64,000 bases of DNA, from the NCBI GenBank assembly GCA_951406725.2, contig OX597833.1:42842001-42906000 (forward strand). Reading direction: 5' to 3'. A program made the translations under genes and the position numbers. Source of the stretch: Octopus vulgaris. Lineage: Eukaryota. Below are positions 25,886-39,702 of the stretch, piece after piece; the first letter of the stretch is position 1; each line of letters opens with the position of its first letter. The notes below the pieces were generated by a model that was given only the letters and a program-made list of their open reading frames with translations, was not told the origin of the DNA and made no database searches.

Positions 25886-25965
25886 TAATGAAGAAATAAA
25901 AAAGATTATTTTCCAATATTCTGACGACTTTTTTCTTAATATATATATATATATATATACATATG

Positions 25966-26026
<61 letters not shown>

Positions 26027-26044
26027 ATAAATATATATACATAC

Positions 26045-26100
<56 letters not shown>

Positions 26101-26150
26101 ATAAATCTCAGAGCGAGTTATAAACAGTAGCAGCAACACAACTTATGATA

Positions 26151-26195
26151 CACACGGACTCGAGTTTCAGGGTATTGACCCGTCATCGGCGTGTG
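26151..26195 (-). ncRNA. Minimal type I hammerhead ribozyme (U4C core variant)
   Basis: Minus strand reads cacacg CCGATGA c gggt caat accc t GAAAC tcga GTC cgtgtg. Confidence 0.85.
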
Positions 26196-26565
26196 ACAAT
26201 CATAGTTGTCGATGAGAAGTTGGTTCCCTTCACAAATACATATACTTTTTCCAGTATCGATTGACACTGGAAGACGGAAAGGATGGCTACCCTTTGCAAA
26301 TACTGATAGGGCACAGAAAGTGTGTCTATAGCCAGCTGGAGGAGGTGTTCTCCTGGGGTTACAAACTACAGTAGCATTCACCTTTAGGCGTTAGCCATAT
26401 TCAAATGGCAAATATACGTCACGATGTGTTGCTGCTACTGTTTATAACTCGCTCTGAGATTTATCATTGTTTGATTTCACTTTTTCAATATCAGTGTCAA
26501 TCGATACTGGAAAAAGTATATGTATTTGTGAAGGGAACCAACTTCTCATCGACAACTATGATTGT

Positions 26566-26610
26566 CACACGCCGATGACGGATCAATACCCTGAAACTCG
26601 AGTCCGTGTG
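26566..26610 (+). ncRNA. Minimal type I hammerhead ribozyme (U4C core variant)
   Basis: cacacg CCGATGA cggatcaataccct GAAAC tcga GTC cgtgtg; 6-bp stem I, palindrome ACTCGAGT. Confidence 0.8.
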
Positions 26611-28580
26611 CATCATAAGTTGAAGACGGGAAGGATGGCTTCCCTTTGCAAATACTGATAGGGAACACAAGAAAGTGTGTCTATAGCCAGCTGGAGGAGG
26701 TGTCCTCCTGGGGCTACAAACTACAGTTGCATTCACCCTTAGGGGTTAACCATATTCAAATGGCAAATATACGTCACGATATATATATATATATATAATC
26801 TGTTCTGTCTGTCTGTGCGTTTATCACCCGAGCATTGTTCATTTGATCGTGCTAAAATTTTAAACGGGGATACATGAGAGAGCAGAGCGTTCCGTAATCT
26901 TAAAAGATTTTCAAAATAGTTGGTGTCAAGGTGAGAATCGCTATTCTTGTAATCTTTTTGTCCTGTTTGTTCCGTCATTAAAATCAACCAGTTGCTCGGA
27001 CAGCCGGCACATACCATTACACTAGCAGCAAGAGGAGTACAAGATGACAGTCAGCCAAAACCGTTGCTATGCTGTCTCTCTTATGACGTCCAATTCCACT
27101 TGAAGTTGTATATATACTGTGTGATGATTGGTTATCAATCATCCTTATTGAGAAGAAACAGTCTACTGGCACTAGTTGAATGGAAGGAAAATGCATTAAA
27201 GTCTGATAGGTTAAGGGGCCGTGTTTTAGTTCGATAACAGAAACTTTCAGATATGCCAATCAATGTTCATTCCAAATTTCAAGAACCTACACACTTTCCA
27301 CTAGACCTGGCATGCATGATCAGCTCAACAGTTTACGAAGCTGAGATCATCTTTATCCCGACAAGTAAAGGGACCGAAAAAATAGTGATCTGTGCAAAAG
27401 TGGCTTCAAAAAGAGATCTGTCAATCATCAGTCTTTTGTCAAGCATGTAGAGAAAAGGAAAAGGACAAAACTAGCAAGCCATTTCTGAAACGTGTAGAAC
27501 CGCAGTGTATCACATATACACATACCATCAAGTTGGAGAGAGATCTAGGCCACACATTGACGGCTAATAAAAGTGCAAGCTCTGCGTAACTGAAAGAACC
27601 TATAGTCTTATTTGATCGAAGAGCTACAGCAATCTTCTAAACTCGAGATCAGAGATTTTTTTACAAGATGTATGCTTCACTAATGAGTTTTCGTTATCGA
27701 ATTGGAAGACGACCTACACCATTCACCAGATTAGGCACAAAGTTTGACGCACTTTAGCCTTTCCTACATTCGGTTACTCCCAGTAGGCATAGCTATTTTT
27801 AGAAGTAAGCACATAACTTTAGCAATATTCTTCATTTACCGTTTATTAACCTTTTCTTCTCCTGCTTTCTGCTTCCCCCAGGATAATACATTTTTCCCGT
27901 ATTCACACGTTTCAAAGTTGTTTCTGTAATTTGTTAAGCCTATCCATTGGTGGTTCATTTTCTATGTGTAGTACTGTTAAAGACCATAACGGTTTCGTTA
28001 GACTGCGTCTTGATTTTCTTAGTTCCTCCCACACTTTGGTTGGTTCCCCTTCTTAAGGTCTCTTTTTTTTACCCCTTATTTGTTCCATAAGTGCTTTCCA
28101 AAGAAGTTTCCTTTTGCTCTTCACCTGTCTTTTGTTCATTTCAGTGCCGTGAGTAGTGCTGCTCAAAGGAAAAACTTTGTTATCGTTCTACTCTGCAACA
28201 GAATGCAGAGTTTTTCTTGCCACTTTCGGAGTTGCAACAAATAGTGCGGCATCGTTATCGCCTGACTCGGAGTTTCTGCGAAGGACATGGGCGTTGCCCT
28301 TCTTGCAGACCTAGAAGTAAAAACAACAACAAACCAGAAAAAGAACGAACTAAATGTATACAGATTTAAAATTGCACAAGGACTTTATAATGCCCCTGCT
28401 CATAATACAAGAAGTGCAACTGATAACACTCCTGCTATTGGGGTATGGTGCTCTCTGCTCTCATGTACACTTCTACTCTTCAGAGCAAAAGATCCCCATG
28501 TGGCGCTTGATTCTATAGCTACTGTAATTGCAATCTTTTGTCTTGTGCTTCCAGTTTTATGCCCCTCGATTTTTCTTTCT

Positions 28581-28654
28581 TAATTTTGATTTATAATTAC
28601 ATGAGTTGTGTAAATATGTGCGTGTGTGCATGTTTGTGTATGTGTATGTATGCA

Positions 28655-28688
<34 letters not shown>

Positions 28689-29961
28689 TATATATAGGTG
28701 TATATGCATACATACATACATACACACACACACATATATATATATATATACATGCGCGTGCGCAATCACACACAAATGTATTGTATTTCTATATATTTCT
28801 ATTTCTATATTGTATTTCTGTATGTATCCATACACACACAAACACACTTTCGTTCCACTGGCACGTGATTAAATTTGGAACAGCTCTCACCAAGTAAATA
28901 TATTCTCTTGTCACGTCTTTACTGATTAACCATAAATATTCCGAAACATGGGTGACTATGAGACGGAGGTCACTATCATAGTTGACGTCTCTACTCGTCC
29001 GTCATGTTTGGATTTTTTTGGCCAAAGTTACTGAGAACAGGTATTTGTCTTTTAATTTCAGCGTGTATTTTCGATCTATCCTTGGTTCTAAAGAGAGTCC
29101 ATTAAGCTTTTCTCCCTGGATAGCCAGTGTTTTACGCTACATGTTTCATAATGTCTCATACATCTTATGCTTTGAAAGCAGCTGAATGCCATCGCCATTT
29201 TAAATAAACATATACGACCTCCCCGCCAATTCTTTGATGGAGAGTCGGTGTGGTCATACTTAGTTTTTCCCAAGCCATTTATTTTTGCCTACATTCACGT
29301 ATGTCTTGTTTTTCTATTAAACACATAACAGTGGAAAAATTGTGCTAACAAAGATGTTTTCGTTTATGATTTAGCCCAGCAAAAGCCAATGTTATTGTTG
29401 GTGTAGTTGTTTTTGTTATCGTCTGCTTTCTGAATTTTTCTTTTAATAAAACGTTTGTATCTTATGTAACTCGCGTTTTGTTCATTATTAGTTTCGGGGG
29501 GCGTGCCCGTTTGTTGTTTTAGATGTAATCTTGCTCTCGAGGTGTCAACAAGATACAAGCAAAATATATTATCATTAAATCAGACCTGAAGATAATAGAG
29601 GTGATTCCAGATAACTCCACAGTCTCTTATTTGTAAAGGCTCCAAAACTGAATATTTTTTCATCAAATGAAGTGGTAAAATTTTTAAAATACCGAGCAAG
29701 AAAAACACGGTGAAATTCGTACGCATCAGTATTATTTTTCATTCCTCCATTCTCTACAGTGACCACTCGGTAAAATGGGAAATAAAAATTGAAGCAATCC
29801 ACAACAAACAGATACGTAGCCTTCTACTACTGTCGGACAAGAACGAAAACTGGCTCTGGGGAGATTTTGATTTCTAATTACAGAAGTGGTGTAAATATGT
29901 GCGTGTGTGCATGTTTGTGTATGTGTGTGTATATATGTATGTATGCATATATATATATATT

Positions 29962-29995
<34 letters not shown>

Positions 29996-30015
29996 TGTAT
30001 GTATGTATCTATCTA

Positions 30016-30060
<45 letters not shown>

Positions 30061-30150
30061 GCATGCGCGTGCGCATTCTATATATAACACAGACGTATGT
30101 ATCCATACACACACAAACACACTTTTGTGCCACTGGCACGTGATTAAATT
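28581..30150 (+). repeat. Local direct duplication of ~290 bp (28581-28875 and 29862-30150)
   Basis: Both copies begin attttgattt.taattaca and end ccactggcacgtgattaaatt. Confidence 0.8.
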
Positions 30151-30783
30151 CCTATATTTAGATATCTTTAATTAGATTTTTTTGAGTTGATGTACTCCCG
30201 AGGTATTCAGTCCTTAAAGAATTCTACTAAAAATGGCCAATGCGAGATATACTTCGTTCAAGCTACATGATACGCTCACTGCACACGTGACATAGCAGTC
30301 CATTAGTATTTAGCACAAACAGTAGTTTATTCATGTTTCCAAGTGGGGACCGATAGCGGGAATTTTACTAAATATGCCTAAGATTCCTTATCCTTTTCTA
30401 TCAGAGCATTGCCAAAACCGACAGTTCAGATAATTATTATTGGCATGTCATTCAAATTTTTCAGATTTTTTAAAACCTCTTCCATACTTTTCAATTGGAT
30501 TATATCTTTGCTGTTCTAATATCTGCTTCAAATTTTGGCACTAGGCCAGAAATTTCGCGAGTAGTGGCTAGTCGATTACATCGACCCTTGTTCTCAACTG
30601 GTGCTTATTTTTTCGATCCCGAAATGATGAAAGCCAGAGTGGACCCCAGCAGCATTTGAACTCAAACGGACGAAATGCCACTAAGCATTTTATCTGGTGC
30701 GATAACGAATCTGCAAGTCAATGTCAACGTACAGTTTTTATACAAGTCTCTGAAACAGATTATCCCTTTCTCCTAAGCATGTA

Positions 30784-31007
30784 CAGTAATCCCTCGCCAT
30801 ATCGCGGTTCACCTAACGTGGCTTGTTATTTAAACTTACGTCGATTCCTCCGTGGTGTTGTTTTGCATTTATAATAAAATAAATGTATACAAATTATAAT
30901 AATAATAATAAATATACATACTGTACAGTACTGTTTCTACTTCGCGGATTTTCATCTATCGCGGGAGGTTTTGGAATGTAACATCCGCGATAGTCGGAGG
31001 ATTACTG
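30784..31007. mobile_element. Tigger/pogo-like MITE
   Basis: TIRs cagtaatccctcgccatatcgcgg and ccgcgatagtcggaggattactg; TA on the left, CA on the right. Confidence 0.8.
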
Positions 31008-31362
31008 CAATTCATTTGAATTTATTCTTAATTTCGTGAAATTATCTCCCTTTCTCATACAGAGTTGATAATCATTGCCTAGTTTTTTTTTCTCTGTCAG
31101 TAATGGAAAATAAAAAGATAAAATTACTGTGTACAAAATTCAGTACATACCTCCGCTTTGGAAATATTTATCATCCAGTGATGTCTGTTAGGCGTCGCTC
31201 GTGGTCATCTTTCAAATCTTGATATAGTTCAAACAAAGCTTAAAGTGAAAATAGTTTATGGGCGTGGCTGTGTAGTAAGAAGTTTGTTTCCAAAATGCAT
31301 AGTTCCTGGTTCAGTCACACTGCAGCGCACTTTGGACAAGTGTCTTTACTATACTCCGGGTC

Positions 31363-31817
31363 GTCTCTCTTCTTGAGACAGTATTCACCCGGGGTGGGTT
31401 GAGCTGGCTTCATTCATCCTCAATGGTGCATCTCTAACAAACGCCGACCAGACCTGGCGATTTGAGGCTAACGACCGCGTGATCTCCAACAACTCCTTAT
31501 TCCAGCGGCGAACGCAGTAGAAATGGGGGCCTAGGTTGGGTTCAAGATTAGCCTTGACTGTTATCAGCCAGGTTTTTCGTTGTCCACCACATCGCTTTCG
31601 CCAACCCTGAAGGGGAGCTGGGGCAATTGCTTCGTAGATGAATTTTGGTTGACGACGGAGGGCATGACCCAGACAACGCAGACGTCTCGTTAGGATGACT
31701 TGTCGGAGGGAGGTGATTTTGCACTGGTGTTGCACCGAATTGTTGGAGACAAAGTGATGCCATCGGACACGAAGGATCCGGCGTAGACAGAGGTGATTAA
31801 AGGATTCTAGTCGCTTA
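31363..31817 (-). mobile_element. 3' fragment of an RTE-clade LINE nested in a family A SINE
   Basis: RLESFNHLCLRRILRVRW...RRLRCLGHALR...GGQRKTW; SINE halves at 31262-31362 and 31818-31868. Confidence 0.85.
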
Positions 31818-34800
31818 ATAAAAGCCTTATTAGTGGATATGCTTGAAGGGAGCTGAAAGAAGCCTGTTGCATACATACATACATACATACATACATACAT
31901 ACATACATACATACATACATACATACATACATACATAGATACATTCATACATACATACATACACGCGCGTGCACAAACACATGCATATATATATATATAT
32001 ATATATACACGCAGCGTTTAAACACGACCTGCTATTTGTTTCATGCTGTGGAATCACAAAACCTCGGCAGATTTATTGTATTTCAATAGCATGAAAATAA
32101 TAGTAGTTCGTATTTAACCGTGTATATTAAACCATGGTTATGCCTCACTAGATTTTGTAATCCTACCAATAAAGGAACAGTAAACTATACACACACACAC
32201 GCACGCACACGCACGGACACACGCGTCTGTGTGTATGTGTGCATGTGTGCGTGTCTGTGTTTGCTCCCCTCACCGCTTGACAACTGGTGTTGGTTTGTTT
32301 ACGACCCTGTAACTTAGCGGTACAACAAAAGATACCCATACAATACATAACAGACTTCAAAAAATAAGTACTAAAATTGATCTCTTCGACTAAATCCTTC
32401 AATGCAATGGCCCAGCATGGCCGCAGTCCAACGACTGAAACAAGTAAAAAAATAAATAAAAGATGCATCCAAACTCGTTTTATAGCAGATTGACCAAGAC
32501 ATCAAAGAGTATTCCCTGCAGGAATCCTATACAAATGATCAATGTCTTAAACACAAAGCCGGATATAACATCAAAACATCTGTCGATCATTTAACATTTT
32601 GAATGATGTCCATTATATTCATATCATATGGAAACACTTCCTTTGCAAACCGCTTATATGCAATTTGGAAGGAATTTCTACTCGTGTCAGTGACCGGCAT
32701 TGAATGTGTTGGGTTGGTGGAGGAGAGCTCGACACTCATTTAAGAAGTTTCAAAGTTGGTGGAAAAGGCTGGGTTGGATGTGATTACGGAATATGCGGAA
32801 TGTGACTTATTGGAATTTACTGTTGATAAGAAAGGAGAAGAAATAGGCTTTCCGAAGAATTAGCAGATTTGGCAGAACACCTGAACATATAAAGAAAGGA
32901 AGACAAGAACAAAAATGAGTCGGAGTATATTGTGAGGATAATAAAAACACGCTATAAGCGATTTATTGCTCATGCAAAGCTTTTTTATTGACGAATGTTA
33001 GGTAAATGGACCATAACTGGAAGCGAAATAACTTTATAAAGAGGTGTTTAATTGAAGTCTTAGAATCTTATTGAGAAATTCTAAGGCGCAAAAGGAAGGA
33101 AGAAAGGCACAGTAAACGATTCGGTGTTCACAGTTTAAGTTGTACGTCCTTCAAACAAGACGATCTTCAGAATTATCATCGCAGGAATTATATTGGTTTA
33201 AAATTTTGGCACAAGGCCAGCAAGTTCGTGGGGGAAAGGTAGGTCGATTACATCGACTCCAGCGCTGAACTGGCACTTAATTTATCAACCCCGAAAGGAT
33301 GAAAGGCAAAGTCGACCTCGCCTTTTGTCCGGCGTGCTAACGTTTCAGCCAGCTCGCCGCCCTCATCGCAGAAATAATATTGCATCAAGTACCATTGCTG
33401 AACGTGGTTCACACAATAACATTGTAAGAATTGCATTAACGAGTTCCGTTCCGATCATTTGCGACGTGCCCATTTTATAGGCCTATGTTTTAAGTAGCAA
33501 GCTCGCTTGCTATACTGCGCAAGGAAACATTTATAGAAGTTATTTGCTTCTTGTAAGATGTCCCATGAACACGACTAGTGACAACTGATCAACAAACTTT
33601 AGTAATCCTCCCAAATATATATGAAACTTCAATCTTTAGTCATTTCGAGAACATCCAAAATTAAACCATAAAATACATAATCAAGCAACCAACCTTCACA
33701 CCCTAAAATTACTGAACTTTGCCAGATTTGAAACCTTTATTATTGCAATTATCTTAATGCAATTTCTTGTGATATTATTATTATCTGGTCTGTAAGAGTG
33801 GCATAGATAGTAATGCACTGAGTAATAATTAATTTCGTTAATTAATGACCGAGTTTAAATCCTGCAAGTTGGCTTTCACATTTCATTTTATCCCACCGTT
33901 GGTCTAAAAAAACTATTCAGTATATTTAGTTTAGTGGACAACAGCTGTTCCAAAACATCATCTGTGTGTAGCTGTAGATACAAATTATCTTGCCCAACAG
34001 CCAAGGAGTCACTAACTAACCGGGTACACCAAAACTCAAGCAGCGTAGAGGACAGACAACAAGGCTCTTTGCTTAGTATATAGGATAATTCAGATAATAC
34101 TTTGTTACTTATTTGTTATTTGTTTTACATTTTGAAATAACAAATTGATATGTTTATGAGTAGAACTTATGCTAACTTGGTTTTATTGAAAAAATCATTA
34201 ATTACTGGAAGCCTGGAACGCATCCTAATTTACGTAATATGCAATTTATTACATCATCCATGCTAGCACAACCACCCATCTTCCGCCAGTTGATCTAATA
34301 ATATTTTACTGTTAAGATTTATGAACAATAAACTAATTATACGTCTACAATACAGAAAATATGTTAACATTTACAAAAAATACAATTAATTCTTAATAAT
34401 ATTTAATTATGAAAATATATGGGGCGTTTTTAAACATCGAATGTTTTTTTAGTGGGGTGGAGGGTCCAGTAGAGTAAAATAGGAACCAAATGGGGTCCAT
34501 AGCCAAAAATGGTTGAGAACCACTGATCTAGAGTGAAAAGCTCATGTAGCAGATTATAACACACACACACACATAAAAATATGCACTCACACACCTCAAA
34601 TACACACATACATACACACACATACATACACACACATACATACACACACAGATTATTACATGTTAAAAAAAAAAATCATCCTTAGAATATCCTCAAAAAC
34701 TAAACGTTTAGTCATGGAAGATATTGTTATAGCTAACCTCGGCAAAAAAAAACAAAATAAAACAACAACAACAAAAACCCAACAAAAGCTAACAATTTGA

Positions 34801-35377
34801 TGGGTTAGTTATTATAGTCAATAAAAAACTGACTTCCGTTGCTGATATATACTGATTTTAATGAATCTGGAGGAATGAAAGACAAACTTGGTATTAGCAG
34901 GAATGGAACGCATCGTAAAATGAAGAAACTAGAAACCCAGCCGACGTTTAGCGTTCCTACCACTTCACTAATCTTCGTAACAATGTTATATTAATTTAAC
35001 AAAATAACATAAAACTTAATAAACGATAATGGTATCGCAGTAACAGCATTAGTCTAGACATCACTGCTAGAGTATTTCAGTCAAATGAAACCCGATATGA
35101 ACGACCAGAAGTTTTAAAGTCCAATAATTAGTTGTACGCCTCAGTTTTCCCATGATTCACGCCTACGACGAAACAATGCGGTTATAGGAACTGTTAATTG
35201 AAATCATTTCATTGAAAGTATTAATTCAGGACACAAACAGGTCTACAAACGCCGAGGGATGACCGAAATTTATTTTCTCCACTAACACATTATATAGGCT
35301 TAGAATTGAAATGCGGAAAATCTTCAATACAAAAACCAGCATACACACACAAACGCACACAAATATACACACGCACG

Positions 35378-35443
<66 letters not shown>

Positions 35444-35561
35444 CACACACTTACATATATGTATGTATGCTTAGACATGGTTATGCGGTTTCCTTCTCAA
35501 CCGCAAGATTCCGGGTTCAGTCCCACTGCAAGGCACCTTGTGCACGCTTCTTGTACTATAT

Positions 35562-35783
35562 ATTTCTTTATTGCCTACAGGGGGGCTAAACATCGAGGGG
35601 ACAAACAAGGACAGACAAAGGGATTAAGTCAATTATATCGACCCCAGTGCGTACTTCTTTAATCTACTCCGAAAGGATGAAAGGCAAAGTCGATCTCGGC
35701 GGAATTTGAACTCAGAACGTAACGGCTGACGCAATACCGCTAAGTATTTCGCCCGGCGTGCTAACGATTCTGCCAGCTCGCCG
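35562..35783 (-). mobile_element. SINE family B nested in an older family A SINE
   Basis: Target duplication tcttgtactat at ~35549 and ~35786. Confidence 0.85.
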
Positions 35784-36186
35784 TGTCTTGTACTATTGCT
35801 GCAGGTCGACCAAAGCGTTGTGACTGGGTCTGGAAGACAGGGACTGAAAGATGTATGTATGTATGTATGTATGTATGTATGTATGTATGTATGTATGTAG
35901 CGCACGGCTCGTATAGTGAATGGGGAAAGCTTGGTCTGCAATGTTTGCAGTCGTGTATGCTTGTCAAGAGCAGGGCTTTATTAGCCACCAACGGAGCCGC
36001 AAATGCAAAATATAAGTTAGTCCTAGAGCGCACAATGTTCCTGAAGGTCGGCAATGGTCTTCCTCGGTCACGAGTGGACGGCCATCATATCATCATCATC
36101 ATGAATGTATGTATGTATGTATGTATGTATGTATGTATGTATGTATGTATGTATCTATGTGTGTGTTTGCGTGTGTGTGTCGTGTG

Positions 36187-36257
<71 letters not shown>

Positions 36258-36424
36258 TTGGAGCCAAGTTTCCTCGCCACAGAAGCGTTGCTTTTCGTAT
36301 CCAATCTTCTACATAAGCAAGTCCGGTTATGTGGGGAGAGATTACTTTCATTGGAAATACGTGAGTGTTCGCAACAGAAAAGTCATCCCAACAAATTCCG
36401 CATGACCCACGCAAGCATATGTGA

Positions 36425-36428
36425 GTGA

Positions 36429-36489
<61 letters not shown>

Positions 36490-36490
36490 T

Positions 36491-36579
<89 letters not shown>

Positions 36580-36596
36580 TGTGTGTGTGTGTGTGT
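36425..36596. repeat. Long (GT)n microsatellite
   Basis: Read directly from the sequence. Confidence 0.95.
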
Positions 36597-37050
36597 GGAA
36601 AGTTTGCTTCCCAACCGCATATTTCCGAATTCAGTCCCACTGCATGGCTCCTTGGGCAAATATCTTCTGCAATAAATAACTCCGGGCCAACAAAAATCCT
36701 TGTAAATGGAGTTTGTGGACGGAAACTGAAAGAAGCTCATCGTATATGAGCGCGCTCGGGCGTTAATAGGCGTGACTGTGTGGAAAAAGTTTGCTTCCCA
36801 ACCACATATCTCCGGATTCAGTCGCACTTCATGGCTCCTTCTGTAATAACCCCTGGCCAACAAAAAGCCTTGTAAATAGAGTTTGTGGATGGAAACTGAA
36901 AGAGGCTCATCGTATATGTATGTGTGTGTGTGTATTTCTATTTGTGTTTGTCCCTCATCGCTGCTTGATCACCGGTGTTGGTTTGTTTTCATCCCCGTAA
37001 CTTAGCAGTTTTTGCAAAAGGGACTGATAGAAATAAGAATCTGGCCTAGA
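36595..37050 (+). mobile_element. Tandem pair of family A SINE 5' halves, the second continuing into the 3' half
   Basis: aagtttgcttcccaacc...gaaactgaaaga.gctcatcgtatatg occurs twice. Confidence 0.75.
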
Positions 37051-37444
37051 AAAAAAATGCTTAGCGGCATTTCCTTTGGCTTTACGTTCAAATGTTTAAG
37101 TATGGCCGTAGTCGTTTTTGCCCTTCATCCTTTCAGTGTCGATGAAAGAGGCACCAGTTGAGCAAATGGAATTGATGTAATCGACGAGCCACGCTCCGGC
37201 AAAATTTCATGTTTTGTACGTATAGCAGTAAGAAAGAATGTACAACGAGACAACGTGATAGCTAAATATTCATTTCTAAAATAAGCACGATGCCGTAAAT
37301 TTTTTGATCCTTGTTGTTGAGTGATTGTATTATTTTATCGACCTCCATGGGATGAAAGGAAAAGTTAACCTCGGCAGAATTTGAATGCAGAACGTAAAGC
37401 ATCGGTATATATACCCCAGGCGTTTTCGTTCGCTCTCTAAAAAT

Positions 37445-38037
37445 TCTTTTCTACTCTAGGCACAAGGCTCGAAATCTTTGGGGAGGGGACCAGTCGATTA
37501 GAACGACCTCAGTACGCAACTGGTAATTAATTTATCGACCCCGAAAGGATGAAAGGCAAAGTCGACCTCGGCGGAATTTGAACTCAGAACGTAGCGGTAG
37601 ACGAAATACTTATTTCTACTTCTTCTTTACTACCCACAAGGGGCTACACAGAGAGGACAAACAAGGACATATAAACGGATTAAGTCGATTATATCGACCC
37701 CAGTGCGTAACTGGTACTTATTTAATCGACCCCGAAAGGATGAAAGGCAAAGTCGACCTCGGCGGAATTTGAACTCAGAACGTAGCGGCAGACGAAATAC
37801 CTATTTCTACTTCTTTACTACCCACAAGGGGCTAAACACAGAGAGGACAAACATGGACAGACAAACGGATTAAATCGATTACATCGACCCCAGTGCGTAA
37901 CTGGTACTTATTTAATCGACCCCGAAAGGATGAAAGACAAAGTCGACCTCGGCGGAATTTGAACTCAGAACGTAGCGGTAGACGAAATACCGCTAAGCAT
38001 TTGGCCCAGCGTGCTAACGTATCTGCCAGCTCGCCGC
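37445..38037 (-). mobile_element. Head-to-tail trimer of family B SINE
   Basis: Three copies of atcgaccccgaaaggatgaaag.caaagtcgacctcggcggaatttgaactcagaacgtagcgg at ~190-bp spacing. Confidence 0.9.
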
Positions 38038-38374
38038 CATTCGCTCTCTGAAAATTGTGGCACCAGATAGTTTGGTAGTTGCTTAGTAGTGAAACAAGGA
38101 TTCCTTACTGAGTCACAAAACCAGTAACCTTTTAAGGGGTAGGCGGAGCTTGTTGGTATCGTCGATGCCAATACTTGACGCGTACCTTAATACAACGACC
38201 CCAAGGGAATGAAAAGCATCTTTGACACCAACGAAAATTGAACGTAAAACTGAATATAACAGTGTGTTTTCGTTGGTTACAATGAATCTTATTAATATGT
38301 AAGACGTACATGTATGCATGTGTGTACATACACACATATATGTATGTGTGTTTATATACATACATAAATATATG

Positions 38375-38503
<129 letters not shown>

Positions 38504-38682
38504 TATATATATATACACTACATATATATATACACTATATATATATATATATACACTATATATATATACACTATATATATATATACACTATATATATATA
38601 TGTATACACACATACACGCAAACACGTATACGTTAATATATCCACACGCTTATACACACACACACATACACGCACACACATA

Positions 38683-38724
<42 letters not shown>

Positions 38725-38789
38725 CACATCGCTACATCTTCAACCAACAGTTCCCACATAAACGTTACCATCAAAAGTATCACTAGCAT

Positions 38790-38843
<54 letters not shown>

Positions 38844-39371
38844 CTTTTCGACATCTCTACTACTTACAGAACTAGTGCTTTTTGTGGCCGATACTAAGAT
38901 TAACACCACCACCGCCGCCGCCGCCACCACCACCACCGTAACAACCACAAGCACTACCAATACGCTAACACTACTAGCTTCATACTACCAGAGCAACTAC
39001 CACCATCACTGTTCACCTCCGTCGCCACCCCCCGCCAGTACCCTTCAGTACCATCACTAACACCAGCATCACGACAACCAGGAATAGTTGTACCGGCGCT
39101 GTTACCCAGCAACCTCCTTCCCCATACAATCATTATGACAGTTACCACACCCAAACGCCTCAGCGAAACCGGGGTTAGTCTTGGCTAATGGCGGGCGGAT
39201 GGGCTCTAAGTGTGAGGAAATGTTTCAGGTGTGTGAGTGAGGGTGTATGTGGGGATGTTGGTACATAATACACACACATACACACACTCCAGCATACATA
39301 AATAGTAAGAGAGAGAGAGAGAGAGATGCGAAGAATAAATATATGTGTGTGTGTGTGTATTCCTGTGTGTG

Positions 39372-39404
<33 letters not shown>

Positions 39405-39468
39405 AAGAATATATATATATGCAATATTTAAATATAAATAGATAAATATATATGTATATATATGTATG

Positions 39469-39500
<32 letters not shown>

Positions 39501-39599
39501 TATACATATATATATATATGTATATATATATATGTATGTATATATATATATATATATGTATGTATATATATATATACACACACGCACACATATATATAT

Positions 39600-39641
<42 letters not shown>

Positions 39642-39658
39642 TATATATATATATATAT

Positions 39659-39702
<44 letters not shown>

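Larger units (their letters stand above)
25661..25942. repeat. Hairpin element with ~100-bp arms, each carrying a hammerhead, abutting (TA)n
   Basis: 25661-25760 is the reverse complement of 25843-25942 with few mismatches. Confidence 0.85.
26097..26780. mobile_element. Young Penelope-like pLTR insertion between (TA)n tracts, with combined inverted and direct duplications
   Basis: Blocks A'(26097-26140) B'(26139-26269) C(26270-26425) A(26425-26468) X B(26492-26622) C(26622-26780). Confidence 0.85.

Noticed and set aside
26790-27024. Possible Helitron-like element (TA-rich start, ctgtctgtctgt, CTAG end)
   Set aside because: The terminal hairpin is not convincing and there is no second copy in the window.
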